Of a DNA stretch of 53,476 bases, positions 29,901 through 40,368 are shown one piece after another. Location: IMG/VR virus record IMGVR_UViG_3300046524_000235. The stretch is one strand, 5' to 3'. The notes below the pieces were generated by a model. That model did not search any database and was not told the DNA's origin. It saw only the letters and a list, made by a program, of their open reading frames with translations. Numbering within the stretch: position 1 is the first letter of the stretch; every line of letters begins with the position of its first letter. A program made the position numbers and the translations under genes. Source of the DNA: a virus (Duplodnaviria > Heunggongvirae > Uroviricota > Caudoviricetes).

Positions 29901-30272
29901 ATGCCAACGACTACTTCACAGCTTCAAGTAACCACTCAACTAGAAGGTGACAAGATTACTGTCACCGCTCTTATTCTTCCAAACGGTTTCTTGCCACAAA
30001 ATATTTTCCTGTATAAAAACACTGGGACAAATGCGCTTGGAGATTACTACGGCGTAGCTAATGTCGAAGAAATGACACGTTTCCAGATTTTCACTGGAAC
30101 TGCTATTCCTAAGTTCGGAAATGCATTCGTCAGGTTCAATCAGGCTAAAATTACACTGAGCGTCAACGATGATTCAGCCTCTGTTATTGCAGCGATTACG
30201 CAAGGCGTAACAAACCTAAGCGCAGCGATGAAGCTAGCAGCTAGCACCACTAAAGTTATTACAATTTCATGA
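29901..30272 (+). CDS. Hypothetical virion protein
   Basis: Operon-packed ORF. Confidence 0.6.
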   Translation: MPTTTSQLQVTTQLEGDKITVTALILPNGFLPQNIFLYKNTGTNALGDYYGVANVEEMTRFQIFTGTAIPKFGNAFVRFNQAKITLSVNDDSASVIAAITQGVTNLSAAMKLAASTTKVITIS

Positions 30273-31045
30273 CAACTTCAACGCGACTTTACGCAAATAA
30301 TGCGAAAACAACTCTTGCGTCTTCAGTTCAGCCTGGCGACACAACAATTCAAGTAGCGAATGCTTCGCTGTTTCCACAGCCTACTGCTGGTCAACACTTC
30401 TTAGCAACCATCGATACCGGATCAACTCAAGAAGTTATTCAGGTAAATGGCGTAAGCGGAAATAGCTTTATTAACTGCGTTCGTGGTTTTGAAGGGGTAG
30501 CAGGCACATACCAGGCCGGTACTCGTATTGAAAACCGTGCAACTGCCGGTACTTACGAGTCGTTTGCACGTCTCCAAGACCGTGTTGCACCTATCACTAA
30601 CCTTGACTCCTTGTCAGCTCCCGGAGCTTCTGACTCGAACAGCTACATCACTCAGAGTACTGATGACGGTGGTAACTACATACTAGCATATTCAGGAAGT
30701 GCAAGCGGTGTATGGAGTTTTACGAATTACCCTACCGTTCTTACTTCAGGTACTCTAGCAGGCGTTGGAACTACTATTTCAATTTCAGTTACGAACGCCG
30801 CAACTATTATACCTCTACCGTTTGCAGGAAAGTACATTATTCAGTTCATGACTGGTCAGAATAAAGGCTTGGTCAGGGCTATTACTTCGATTTCAGGCAA
30901 CACTATAAACTGGGCTACGGCTCTCCCATTTGCACCGGCTGCATCTGATAGCTACCAAGTCTATCAAAGTGAAGTTTCTAATTTGAACGCACTGAATATA
31001 GCTGCAAATAATGGTCTTATCTATGCAATCCTTCTTGGTTCTTAA
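30269..31045 (+). CDS. Tail-fibre-associated structural protein
   Basis: ANNAKTTLA...EVI...RGFEG...GTRIENRATAG N-terminal pattern of phage tail proteins. Confidence 0.6.
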   Translation: MTTSTRLYANNAKTTLASSVQPGDTTIQVANASLFPQPTAGQHFLATIDTGSTQEVIQVNGVSGNSFINCVRGFEGVAGTYQAGTRIENRATAGTYESFARLQDRVAPITNLDSLSAPGASDSNSYITQSTDDGGNYILAYSGSASGVWSFTNYPTVLTSGTLAGVGTTISISVTNAATIIPLPFAGKYIIQFMTGQNKGLVRAITSISGNTINWATALPFAPAASDSYQVYQSEVSNLNALNIAANNGLIYAILLGS

Positions 31046-31049
31046 TTAA

Positions 31050-31379
31050 ATGGCACAGAATTTTAAACACTCTACAAACGGTCTTACACTAGGCACTTCA
31101 AACACGCTTATTTACGGACCAGTTCCAGCTGGCACTACAGCTATTGTATTCAGCGGTACATTTCCCAATCTGGATGCAACCAATAAGCTAATGCACTATT
31201 TGACACTGTTCAAATATGATGGCGTTACGTTCAACTATGAACTAAATAGTGTTCCTATTCCGTACGGTAGTGCTTCCAAGTCACCTAAAATTGTAATGAA
31301 CGCTGGCGAGTCACTATATGCTACTGCTGATACAGCAGCAATGATTGGTGTAAGTCTTAGCGTACTAGAACTTTCATAA
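31050..31379 (+). CDS. Small virion structural protein
   Basis: KIVMNAGESL...S.LELS pattern; beta-rich. Confidence 0.55.
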   Translation: MAQNFKHSTNGLTLGTSNTLIYGPVPAGTTAIVFSGTFPNLDATNKLMHYLTLFKYDGVTFNYELNSVPIPYGSASKSPKIVMNAGESLYATADTAAMIGVSLSVLELS

Positions 31380-31387
31380 GGTAAACA

Positions 31388-32641
31388 ATGGCAGTCGATT
31401 TAGAATATTTCGGTGTACCACCGGCAGACTACAGAGAGCAAGAGCTTCGCACTCGGCTTACTGCAACTGTTGGTCAAACTACATTTTCAGCCCCGTATTC
31501 TCCAGGCAACGTTGACGTTTTCTACAACGGGGCTAAACTCGACCCTTTTTCTGAGTTTACCGGCACTGATGGAGCAAACATTGTACTTGCTAGTGGCGCA
31601 TTCGCTACTGGTGATATCGTTGAAGTTATCTCACGTTCACAAGTACAAGTATCAAACATTTACACGAAGCAGCAAGTAGATAACCTTGCTGGTAACTTCT
31701 ATGGTATCGCAACCGGTACAGGTAACGCTCAAGTCGTAACTACAGTTCCTACTTTTGCAGCGTATCTGGATGGCATGGAAATCAAGGTTCGTGCAGTTGC
31801 AGCTAACTCTTCTGCTACGCCTACTATTGCTATTAATGGTATTACTGCTAAGACTATTGTTTCTAACAATGCTGCAGCGGCTCTGTTCACTAACGACTGG
31901 GTAGCTGGTTCAGAGATTACGCTTCGCTACAATCAGACTCTGGATAAACTGGTACTTCTTGAGGGAGCTACTACGATAGCTACCCCTGCTCAGTTTGCTA
32001 ACAATAATCAGGTTCCGAGTACTTTGTTTGTTCAAAGAGCTTTGGGAAATAGAAGTACATCAGTTAACGCTAATACAACAAGAACTTTAACTACTTCACA
32101 GGTTGGAAGTTTAATTTCTACATTTGGAGCTACTGGGCCAATCACATTGACACTTCCTGACGTTAGTGCTTTTACTGCTGGTACCGGTCAATCGTATCTG
32201 ATTACTAACCCATCATTATTTCCAATTACTCTGACGTCTACGTCATTTTTCTCTCAACCTTGGGGGCCATCCGGAGGACAAAATAATTTTGTGCTACAAT
32301 CGGGAGTATCAGTAGAATGTATTTCAGATGGAGGTAGTTGGAATCTTGTAGGTGGTGGCGGTTCATCTTCTCTACTCACCAATGGCCTTCAAAGACTTCC
32401 AAGTGGAATGATAATGCAGTGGGGTACAACAACTTCCATAACAACAGGAACAAGTATAACTGTAACCCTTCCTGTAGCCATGCCTGCAAACATTCTACAA
32501 GTAATGATTACATCTCAGTCTTCTGCAAACGGTACAGTTCCGTTTAGTGGAGGTTGGCAAGCAATTAACAACGCTACATTTACACTAAGAAATAACTCCA
32601 CGCTAACTGGACAGTATTCTTGGATGGCAATCGGTTATTAA
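31388..32641 (+). CDS. Tail fibre protein 1 (gp53-like C-terminal tip)
   Basis: ATVGQTTF..DVFYNG N-terminus, PAQF..FVQRALGN, QRLPSGMIMQWG...WMAIGY. Confidence 0.8.
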   Translation: MAVDLEYFGVPPADYREQELRTRLTATVGQTTFSAPYSPGNVDVFYNGAKLDPFSEFTGTDGANIVLASGAFATGDIVEVISRSQVQVSNIYTKQQVDNLAGNFYGIATGTGNAQVVTTVPTFAAYLDGMEIKVRAVAANSSATPTIAINGITAKTIVSNNAAAALFTNDWVAGSEITLRYNQTLDKLVLLEGATTIATPAQFANNNQVPSTLFVQRALGNRSTSVNANTTRTLTTSQVGSLISTFGATGPITLTLPDVSAFTAGTGQSYLITNPSLFPITLTSTSFFSQPWGPSGGQNNFVLQSGVSVECISDGGSWNLVGGGGSSSLLTNGLQRLPSGMIMQWGTTTSITTGTSITVTLPVAMPANILQVMITSQSSANGTVPFSGGWQAINNATFTLRNNSTLTGQYSWMAIGY

Positions 32642-32677
32642 GAATTAAAATCACATAGTAATTAACAAGGCAAACAA

Positions 32678-33274
32678 ATGGCACTTTTTTATTCAAAGTC
32701 AACTGGTGGATTCTACGATGATTCAATCCACACGGCTGCACAAATTCCTTCAGACGCAGTAGCGATTACTGAAGTACAACATCAAGCGCTGCTTACAGGT
32801 CAATCTGCAGGCAAGCTAATTACGGCTGATGCTAATGGCAACCCTATTCTTACAGATCCTCCTGCACCTCCACTTGCTGATGTTCAAGCACGCTCACTAG
32901 CAGCTCTTGACGACGCTGCAGAAGTGCTTCGTGGAAAGTTCATCACGGCTAACTCAGGTCAAGTAGCTACGTATCTGCTCAAGCAAAACCAAGCTGCAGC
33001 ATTCAAGGCTGCTAACTACACCGGTACAGTTCCAGGCCTAGTACAAGCTGAAGCAGATGCTACTGGTGATACTGCTAAAGTTTCATGTGACACGATTCTT
33101 GCTCAGTATGATCTGTGGTGCACTCTTGCAGCATCAATTGAGACCGCACGTCGTACAGCTAAGGTTGCAGTGAGCGCAGCAACTACGGTAGATGCTGTCA
33201 ACTCAGCTGTAAGCTCGGCCCAAGCTGCATTTGCACAAATTGAAACACAAGCAGGTTCAGGTTCGGTCGAATAA
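32678..33274 (+). CDS. Tail fibre assembly chaperone
   Basis: FYSKSTGGFY...IPSDAVAIT...GQSAGK.I..D.NG.P.L.DPP pattern directly after the fibre gene. Confidence 0.8.
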   Translation: MALFYSKSTGGFYDDSIHTAAQIPSDAVAITEVQHQALLTGQSAGKLITADANGNPILTDPPAPPLADVQARSLAALDDAAEVLRGKFITANSGQVATYLLKQNQAAAFKAANYTGTVPGLVQAEADATGDTAKVSCDTILAQYDLWCTLAASIETARRTAKVAVSAATTVDAVNSAVSSAQAAFAQIETQAGSGSVE

Positions 33275-33286
33275 CCGGAGTTTTAA

Positions 33287-33802
33287 ATGAAGTACGATGA
33301 TGTACGCAATTCTATCAAGACTGGCGATCTTATCGCTGTAAGAAATAAGAAATTCCAGTTCTTGCCCATTGCGACCCGAATTGTAACGAATAGCCCGTAC
33401 ACACATACGGGCATTGCAATTTGGGCAGGTGGTCGTTTGCTGTTAGCTCAGACAAACGCTGGAGGCTGCAACGTCGTTCCCCTTTCACAAGAAGCGGAAT
33501 ACGACTTTGATGTTTTTGAGTGTCCAGTTGACCGTGACAAGTGCGAGGCTGTAATTTGGTCCGAGCTTGGTTCAAGAATCCCTTATGGTTTTATTGATTT
33601 AGCTCGTATCTTTGGTTACAAAGTGTTCGGCATCCCTCTCCCACAATCTGATGGAGCCGACCTAGTCTGCAGCGCACTATCAGCGACCATATATAAACTA
33701 TGTGGTTGGAACCCAGTAGGGTTACCATCTATTCCTTGGCCAGGCGCTGTTACAGACCAGTTACAAAATGCAAAGAAATTCGAAGTAGAAGCTTCGACAT
33801 AA
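33287..33802 (+). CDS. Permuted papain-like NlpC/P60 protein (YaeF/YiiX-like)
   Basis: GDLI, YTHTGI (His before Cys), G..Y, LVCSAL. Confidence 0.75.
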   Translation: MKYDDVRNSIKTGDLIAVRNKKFQFLPIATRIVTNSPYTHTGIAIWAGGRLLLAQTNAGGCNVVPLSQEAEYDFDVFECPVDRDKCEAVIWSELGSRIPYGFIDLARIFGYKVFGIPLPQSDGADLVCSALSATIYKLCGWNPVGLPSIPWPGAVTDQLQNAKKFEVEAST

Positions 33803-33827
33803 TACTAAATTAATAGGGGAATATTCT

Positions 33828-34277
33828 ATGGCTGAGCCAGTCACTACATCTGCCGGGGCAATCTTTACTATTGCTAAAGCATGGTCCATCCTTGCGGGGG
33901 TATCTGGCTCTGTCGTTCCTATTCTTGCATTAAGTGATCAAAACAAGACTAGTTTCAAGAACGCTTTATTCATGGCGATAGTAGGTTCATCCTTTGCTAT
34001 TTTCATGGGTCCTTGGATTGCAGATAACGCTAACGTTCATTCAACAGAGGGTGTAGTTGCTCTCTCTTGGGCTTTGGGCGCTGTTGGTGTTTATGTAATC
34101 AGAGCAGTTCTAAGATGGATCGACAAACGAGGCGAAGACGCAGTAGATCAAATCGTAAACAGAGTAATCGGCGGTGATTCACGCGACGATGAAAAGCAAG
34201 TTATCCGTGAGACTATAGTCATTGAAGATCGCCGGTCTCTTCCTTCTCAAGGTGGGCCATTTGAGGAAAACAAATGA
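33828..34277 (+). CDS. Holin-like membrane protein
   Basis: Three hydrophobic segments and a charged C-terminus. Confidence 0.55.
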   Translation: MAEPVTTSAGAIFTIAKAWSILAGVSGSVVPILALSDQNKTSFKNALFMAIVGSSFAIFMGPWIADNANVHSTEGVVALSWALGAVGVYVIRAVLRWIDKRGEDAVDQIVNRVIGGDSRDDEKQVIRETIVIEDRRSLPSQGGPFEENK

Positions 34278-34660
34278 TCTCGACTTTTTTAAACCTGCTT
34301 GCTGATGTAAATATACCGCTTGTTCTTAATTTCCTTATTTCAATAGGGATGGGTTTCTGTGGTTTCTTTTTTGCGTTTGTAATTAAGAACAAGAATATCA
34401 AGAACAAGTGGTTCACGTCTCTTCGATACATTCTAATACTTCTCTCCATCTCAGCTTTCAGCAATGCTTACTGTTTAGGTATTCTGGGCTACAAAGTGGT
34501 TCAGCCGAGCGAGTTACTTCTCCATCTATCAGTTTTAGTATTCATGCTTTGGGGAACAGCTTACTATCTATTCAATATAGTTGGCTCAGGCACAAGTCTA
34601 ACTCAAGAGAAAGTATTAAAATTCATTGAGAAAGAACATTCAACTACGAGTACACAATGA
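34274..34660 (+). CDS. Membrane protein (holin/antiholin candidate)
   Basis: Three hydrophobic segments; ATGA overlap. Confidence 0.5.
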   Translation: MISTFLNLLADVNIPLVLNFLISIGMGFCGFFFAFVIKNKNIKNKWFTSLRYILILLSISAFSNAYCLGILGYKVVQPSELLLHLSVLVFMLWGTAYYLFNIVGSGTSLTQEKVLKFIEKEHSTTSTQ

Positions 34661-34689
34661 TTGCTCGTAGTTTTTAGAAACTATAAACT

Positions 34690-35730
34690 ATGAGCTATTT
34701 TGGTCTACCTCTTTACCCAGTATCTCCTCCTAATCAGCAAGCAGTAGTCACAATCGTCGGGAACACTACCCTTGGCGTTGGTGCAGCTACGTATGACAAA
34801 CAGTTCATGATTACTGGTGCTGGCGGTTATACAATCACGCTTCCTTCACTTGATGGTGTGAATTTCCCATCCAAGTCATACAGCATTTTCAATAGTAGCT
34901 CTGCTCTTTGCACAGTAAACTGCGCTGGTTCAGACACTGCACTTCTGCTTGGTTCAAGCTTTACTTCATTTTCTATTCTTCCCGGTGAACGTATTCTTGT
35001 TCAAAACATGGTTACGTCATGGATTGTAGCATTGGAGAGCGCTTCTAGAACTACGACTGCACCTCAATTTGATAGTACTATTCGTAATGCAAGTACAGCT
35101 TGGGTTAGACAGTTTGGATTACAATACTCCGCAAATTTTGGAGTTTCTTCTAACGCTACTCTAACTGCAGCCCAAGTTGCTGGAGCGATTTGCAACATTC
35201 AAGGCAATAACATAACCGTAACTCTGCCCTTAACTTCTACAGCAGTTATTGGTACTAGAGTAGAATTTGTTAGTGGCGGAGGTACTAACACTATTCAACG
35301 GCAGGGCTCAGACGTTATTTCTACGAACTTTTCAAATAACGTTAACTCTATCGTTTTAAACGCTGGAGATTCAGCAACTTTGGTGTACATGGGTACTGGG
35401 CAATGGTACGTTGTAGGTGGATCAGTTCAGATTGGTTTATCTGGTTCGTTTCTGCCAAATTTTTCAAACAACGGTTTCCAAAAACTTCCTAGTGGATTGA
35501 TAATGCAGTGGGGTTATAGCGCAGCAGTAGCGTTTAATACTACCACAATAGTAACCTTTCCTATTTCTTTTCCAACGCAATGTATCGGAGTAACTGCTAC
35601 TGCGTTTGGCGCGGCTGGAAATTATGCATCTCCTGAAGTTTTTAATAAGTCAACTACCAACTGTACCGTAGGTAACCCTACTACTGGAAGTACCGCTACT
35701 GCTTACTTCGTTGTTGCAATTGGTAATTAA
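34690..35730 (+). CDS. Tail fibre protein 2 (gp53-like tip)
   Basis: TAPQFDS..STAWVRQ; FQKLPSGLIMQWG...VAIGN. Confidence 0.75.
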   Translation: MSYFGLPLYPVSPPNQQAVVTIVGNTTLGVGAATYDKQFMITGAGGYTITLPSLDGVNFPSKSYSIFNSSSALCTVNCAGSDTALLLGSSFTSFSILPGERILVQNMVTSWIVALESASRTTTAPQFDSTIRNASTAWVRQFGLQYSANFGVSSNATLTAAQVAGAICNIQGNNITVTLPLTSTAVIGTRVEFVSGGGTNTIQRQGSDVISTNFSNNVNSIVLNAGDSATLVYMGTGQWYVVGGSVQIGLSGSFLPNFSNNGFQKLPSGLIMQWGYSAAVAFNTTTIVTFPISFPTQCIGVTATAFGAAGNYASPEVFNKSTTNCTVGNPTTGSTATAYFVVAIGN

Positions 35731-35743
35731 GGAATAAATAAAA

Positions 35744-36502
35744 ATGGCACGTACAAGAAATTTAGGTAATTTGACTGATCTGCTTACTGCAGGGTCAACT
35801 TACGTCACAACAACTACTCCTCCGCAGTTTGACAATGGTACAAATTTGTCAACAACGGGTTTTGTGCAACGAGCACTTGGAAATTTTTCAGGGTATTTGA
35901 GCTTAGGGGTAAATACAGCGCTTACTGCGGCCCATGCCGGTTTTTTCATTACATGCGCTGGAACTACATTAACAATTACTTTGCCACAAGTTAGTACAAT
36001 GGTAATTGGCTCTCAGATCACTATTTCTGCTGCAGGTGGTGCTACTGCATTGACTGTAGCAACGTTTGCTGGCGATACCTTAGTAGGAGCTAATAATCCT
36101 AATACAAGTATCTTGATGGGCGTGGACGAGTATTTAACTGCTATCGTTGTAGGTCCAACTTCATGGGTTGTAATTGGAAATACTCCTCGTATTTTGAGTC
36201 AAAATGCTATGTTTAGTACCTCACTTTTGTCAACAGCTGGCTTTCAAAAATTACCAAGTGGAGTTATTTTACAATGGGGAAATGGAAACTATACCGCCCA
36301 GACAACTACAACTAGCAATTTTGCGATGACGTTTCCAAATAGCTGTTTGGCTACTTATGCAAGCTTGGGTTTTAACCTTTCACTTACAACGAATAGCGTT
36401 GGTATAGGTATCCAGGCTATCAGCACTTCCCAATTTAAATTAACGGTACCTTCTGCAGGTGCCGGTACGACAGGGTGCTCCTGGCTTGCAATTGGTGTAT
36501 AA
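35744..36502 (+). CDS. Tail fibre protein 3 (short, gp53-like tip)
   Basis: TPPQFDN..TTGFVQRALGN; FQKLPSGVILQWG...WLAIGV. Confidence 0.75.
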   Translation: MARTRNLGNLTDLLTAGSTYVTTTTPPQFDNGTNLSTTGFVQRALGNFSGYLSLGVNTALTAAHAGFFITCAGTTLTITLPQVSTMVIGSQITISAAGGATALTVATFAGDTLVGANNPNTSILMGVDEYLTAIVVGPTSWVVIGNTPRILSQNAMFSTSLLSTAGFQKLPSGVILQWGNGNYTAQTTTTSNFAMTFPNSCLATYASLGFNLSLTTNSVGIGIQAISTSQFKLTVPSAGAGTTGCSWLAIGV

Positions 36503-36573
36503 CACTTTGTAACATTTCTCCTATTGACGTTTCATCTAAAATCACCGTATAGGCAACTAGCGGTGATTTTTTT

Positions 36574-37113
36574 ATGATACTTACACAAGCACAACTCAAA
36601 ACAATCGCTCCGACGATGAATCAAACTCGTCTGGACACGTTCACAGATCCAATCAATGAAACGTTGATTAAATACGGCATTACTGAAATGCCAATCGTTG
36701 CTATGTTCATCGCTCAAGTCATGCATGAGAGCTGTGGATGTATCTATACGACAGAACTCGCTTCAGGACAAGCCTATGAAGGGCGTAAGGATCTAGGAAA
36801 TACTCAGAAGGGTGACGGTGTGCTGTATAAGGGTCGAGGTCTAATCCAGGTTACAGGCAGATCTAATTACGCTGCAATGACAATGGCTCTTGACCACGAT
36901 TTTCTGTCTCACCCCACTGACTTAGCTTTGCCTGAATGGGCCGCACTATCAGCAGGACAATTCTGGAAGGATAAAAATCTTTCAGACTTGGCTCAGCCTA
37001 ATACTGATGACGCCTTTTTAAAAGTAACCAAGCGAATTAATGGCGGCACTAATGGTCTGGCCGACAGACAAGCCTACTGGGCCCGTGCCAAGAAAGTCCT
37101 AGGAGTTAACTAA
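36574..37113 (+). CDS. Endolysin, glycoside hydrolase family 19
   Basis: FIAQVMHES, YKGRGLIQVTGRSNY, TKRINGGTNGLADR. Confidence 0.92.
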   Translation: MILTQAQLKTIAPTMNQTRLDTFTDPINETLIKYGITEMPIVAMFIAQVMHESCGCIYTTELASGQAYEGRKDLGNTQKGDGVLYKGRGLIQVTGRSNYAAMTMALDHDFLSHPTDLALPEWAALSAGQFWKDKNLSDLAQPNTDDAFLKVTKRINGGTNGLADRQAYWARAKKVLGVN

Positions 37114-37116
37114 ACC

Positions 37117-37380
37117 ATGTTCTCAATCAAACAATTTCTTAAAGATCTAATCACAGAAAACGACGGCGTAAGCTTCTGTCCAGTCCGTATTCTATCAATG
37201 GGCCTCAGCGTTCCCACAGTAGTAATGTTCATTGCTGGCTACGCTGCAAGTATTTTCCAGGGTCATTTCGATGGCCAAAACATGGCACTTGCTTTCACTA
37301 CCCTTTGTGGAGGCTTTGCAGCTATCGGTGCTGGTGTTGCTGCCAAGGCACTTACCGACACCGATATCACTAAGAAGTAA
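37117..37380 (+). CDS. Holin candidate (2 TM)
   Basis: Small two-TM protein between endolysin and spanins. Confidence 0.55.
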   Translation: MFSIKQFLKDLITENDGVSFCPVRILSMGLSVPTVVMFIAGYAASIFQGHFDGQNMALAFTTLCGGFAAIGAGVAAKALTDTDITKK

Positions 37381-37432
37381 TTGACAGCCGGGCCAGTGTG
37401 GAATAGACTTCTCTTAATCAAGGGACAAACAT

Positions 37433-37849
37433 ATGTTTACATCATTTGCACTTATTAAGGCTTTCTTTTCGCACTGGCTTGGTATCACCATCGGCGTACT
37501 AGTACTAGTCTTGGCACTATTCTGCACCGTAGAGTATTTCCACATCAAGACGCTCAACACAACCATTGCTTCTCTAAATCAGAAGATTGGTTCCTCACAG
37601 GCTACTGCTGCTCAATTCGAATCTGCAGCCAGTGATTGTAGCGCCAACACAGACGCTCTAGCACAAGCTGAAGCTACTGCCACTGCATCCGCTGCCGTTG
37701 CAGTAAGCGAAGCTACTGTCAAGGCTAAGACATTCACAAGCCACGCCAAAACGATTCTTGCTCAAAAGCCTACTGGTACAGACGATTATGCCAATAGTAA
37801 AGCATTGATGGATCAATTAATCGATAATCGTCAAGCTAATCAACCGTAA
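37433..37849 (+). CDS. Inner-membrane spanin (Rz-like)
   Basis: N-terminal TM helix plus Ala-rich coiled coil. Confidence 0.7.
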   Translation: MFTSFALIKAFFSHWLGITIGVLVLVLALFCTVEYFHIKTLNTTIASLNQKIGSSQATAAQFESAASDCSANTDALAQAEATATASAAVAVSEATVKAKTFTSHAKTILAQKPTGTDDYANSKALMDQLIDNRQANQP

Positions 37850-37857
37850 GAGTCATC

Positions 37858-38136
37858 ATGAAAAAGTTAATCCTCATCGCAGCCATGCTCTTGTCTGGCT
37901 GTACCGTGTTTGGCGCTGCTCAACCCGAAGTCCAGTACGTTACCAAAGAAGTGAAAGTTCCTGTGACCATTAAGTGTGAGAAGCAAAATATCACTAAGCC
38001 TAAATATGTGTTTACACAGGCTAAAAAAGGCGACTTGCTTTATACCAACTTGGCCCTACTCGCTGCTGAGAACGACTACTTGATCGCATATACGGCTAAA
38101 CTAGAAGCAGCGCTTAATGCTTGCACTAAACCATGA
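37858..38136 (+). CDS. Outer-membrane spanin lipoprotein (Rz1-like)
   Basis: Signal peptide with lipobox LSGC; follows the i-spanin. Confidence 0.75.
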   Translation: MKKLILIAAMLLSGCTVFGAAQPEVQYVTKEVKVPVTIKCEKQNITKPKYVFTQAKKGDLLYTNLALLAAENDYLIAYTAKLEAALNACTKP

Positions 38137-38507
38137 CAAGAAACGTTACTCACTTTGAAATAACTGAAGGGACTGATTTTACTCAGTCCTTTTTATATGT
38201 TGATCTCTCAACAGGCTTACCCATCGATCTGACTGACTACACAGCAGATATGAAGCTTAAGGAAAACATGAATGGCACTTATGATGGCTATGCTAATGGT
38301 GCGTTCGTACTTGAGCTTTCAACTACGCTTGGCGGTATTACTCTTGGTGGAGATACTGGCCTAGTCACAGTTACGTTCACTGCTGAACAGACGACTAACG
38401 TTCTTTGGAACCGCGCTGTATATAACCTTGTTTTGACTTCTCCTCAGGGCAAACGTACTCCTTTCATGAACGGATTTGTAACAATTCTTTCTGATACGGT
38501 GGCGTAA
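38133..38507 (+). CDS. Virion structural protein (Ig/BppU-like)
   Basis: ITEGTDF..PIDLTDYTA.M...YNLVL pattern. Confidence 0.5.
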   Translation: MTRNVTHFEITEGTDFTQSFLYVDLSTGLPIDLTDYTADMKLKENMNGTYDGYANGAFVLELSTTLGGITLGGDTGLVTVTFTAEQTTNVLWNRAVYNLVLTSPQGKRTPFMNGFVTILSDTVA

Positions 38508-38827
38508 TGGCCCAAAAGCCAGTCTGCCGTATTGGAGATCAAGGCCAAGGAATCTGTCACCTCCATGCTTCTCCTACTCCCTACACTACTACTTTCATTA
38601 GTAATCCAGGCACTACTGTTACTGCTGATGGATTAGTCGTTTGCACAATCGGCGCTATTGGCAACGCTACGTGCGGACACCAAACAATTGCTACGACTGG
38701 CTCTGGGCTTAGTCAAGACATTAACGGCAATGCTTTCCACCGTGTCGGAGACCAAGGACATATTATTGGTGATGCCGCTGGAATTTACACTGCAACTACT
38801 GGCTCGGGCATAGTTAGTTCCGAGTAA
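38507..38827 (+). CDS. PAAR-like spike tip protein
   Basis: CRIGD, CHLH, TCGH, HRVGD and TGS repeats. Confidence 0.7.
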   Translation: MAQKPVCRIGDQGQGICHLHASPTPYTTTFISNPGTTVTADGLVVCTIGAIGNATCGHQTIATTGSGLSQDINGNAFHRVGDQGHIIGDAAGIYTATTGSGIVSSE

Positions 38828-38857
38828 AATAGAGGTATCTTTCCAGGATACCTCATC

Positions 38858-39079
38858 ATGGCTTTTACATCAGCTTCTACCGACGCAACCATTGAGTTAG
38901 TATTTGACTCAACTGGTTCTCAACTAATCAGTCCGTCTTCTCTAGCTCATACATACGGCTACGACGGCTCAAACAATCTTATCACAGACACCATTACAGA
39001 CGGTGTCAACACTTGGGTCAAGACCTATACTTATACCGGCAGTAACTTGACTGGCGAAAGCGCTTGGGTGAAGCAATGA
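38858..39079 (+). CDS. Small virion protein
   Basis: YGYD...TYTYTG YD-like hairpins. Confidence 0.5.
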   Translation: MAFTSASTDATIELVFDSTGSQLISPSSLAHTYGYDGSNNLITDTITDGVNTWVKTYTYTGSNLTGESAWVKQ

Positions 39080-40359
39080 GTCTAGGTCTAGGCGAATTTA
39101 AAAAGCTTCTTAAGCTTGCTGGAGTTGGTAGTTCTTCAGGTGGTGGCTCTACTACACCTCCGGGGCAAACAGTTCGTAACATTGCAACTCGTTGCCGTCA
39201 GAACTATCAAACCGTAGCTTCTGTTCAAGCTATGAAGTCAAAATCACAGCATACTAATATGGGCGACCATATTCTTGCAGCCGATGGCGTTCAAATCGTA
39301 GTTGGTAACTGGTACGCTAATAACACTGGTGAGTTTTCTGGCCCGGCTACATCAACTGAGATGATCTCTATTGAGTACCCTCAAGGCGTATACAAACTAG
39401 CAACATTTGGCGGAAATCAATCAACAACATGTGCTGCTGGATCTAATGTAACAACCGACGCTATTAAACTAGCTATTCCAAAGGGTGCTACATTCTGGGT
39501 TCACCGTTGGCAGACATTTCCATCAGCAGTGAGTATTCCTGTTTCAGCAAACGCTGTTACTATTTCTACCTTTGATGTTGCAACTCAATACAGCGCTGCG
39601 CAATTAGCTGCACTTACTGTTGATCCTCGTTCATTCCTAACTGGTATGACTGCAAGTGGTGGCACAGCGGGCGGTGCATGGACTATGTATCCTCTGGCCG
39701 TCCTTGGTAAGTCTTCAGTGCCTAGCGTAATCGGATATGGGGATAGCCGTATGTCTGGTCGTTCAGATGCTCAAAGTACTCTGACTACAGCTGCAGACTT
39801 TGGCTATTTCGGTATGGGGGAAGTGTTCCGCTCTATTGGCCACTTATTGCCGTATACTAACTGTGGCTGTGAAACAGATACGATTCAACAGTTCAATGCA
39901 TTTCCTACATTCCGTAGTAATTTGGCTCAATACCACACCCACGTTCATTTCGAATATGGTGTTAACGATCTTACAGCAGGCCGTACAGCCGCAGTTATTC
40001 AAGCAGCGCTTCAGGCTGGGTACGCATTGTTTCCGACTAAGAAGATTTCTCAGTCAACGATTCCTCCTGTAACTGCCAGTACAGATACTTGGCTTACCCT
40101 AGCTAACCAGACTACAGCAGGTACTAATCCACAACGTGTTATTCTAAATAACTGGATTCGTACTAAACCAAGTCCACTCTGGGCTTACTTTGAAGTAGCA
40201 GATGCTGTAGAATCAGCTCGTGATAGTGGGTTGTGGAAAGCCCCTACTGGATCAACAGGTATCTATAGCCCTGTTACTGGCGACGGTACACACGAAACTC
40301 CATACGGATATAGCCTTATTCAGCTTTCGAACGCCATCGATCCAACACTCTTCGTCTAA
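39076..40359 (+). CDS. SGNH/GDSL hydrolase-domain virion protein
   Basis: GDS (block I), GVND (block III), DGTH (block V); start moved to ATG 39076. Confidence 0.75.
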   Translation: MSLGLGEFKKLLKLAGVGSSSGGGSTTPPGQTVRNIATRCRQNYQTVASVQAMKSKSQHTNMGDHILAADGVQIVVGNWYANNTGEFSGPATSTEMISIEYPQGVYKLATFGGNQSTTCAAGSNVTTDAIKLAIPKGATFWVHRWQTFPSAVSIPVSANAVTISTFDVATQYSAAQLAALTVDPRSFLTGMTASGGTAGGAWTMYPLAVLGKSSVPSVIGYGDSRMSGRSDAQSTLTTAADFGYFGMGEVFRSIGHLLPYTNCGCETDTIQQFNAFPTFRSNLAQYHTHVHFEYGVNDLTAGRTAAVIQAALQAGYALFPTKKISQSTIPPVTASTDTWLTLANQTTAGTNPQRVILNNWIRTKPSPLWAYFEVADAVESARDSGLWKAPTGSTGIYSPVTGDGTHETPYGYSLIQLSNAIDPTLFV

Positions 40360-40368
40360 AGGACAAAC

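Noticed and set aside
31388-36502. Invertase shufflon or DGR for tail fibres
   Set aside because: All three genes are co-directional, junctions are not identical at the DNA level, and there is no recombinase or reverse transcriptase in the window.
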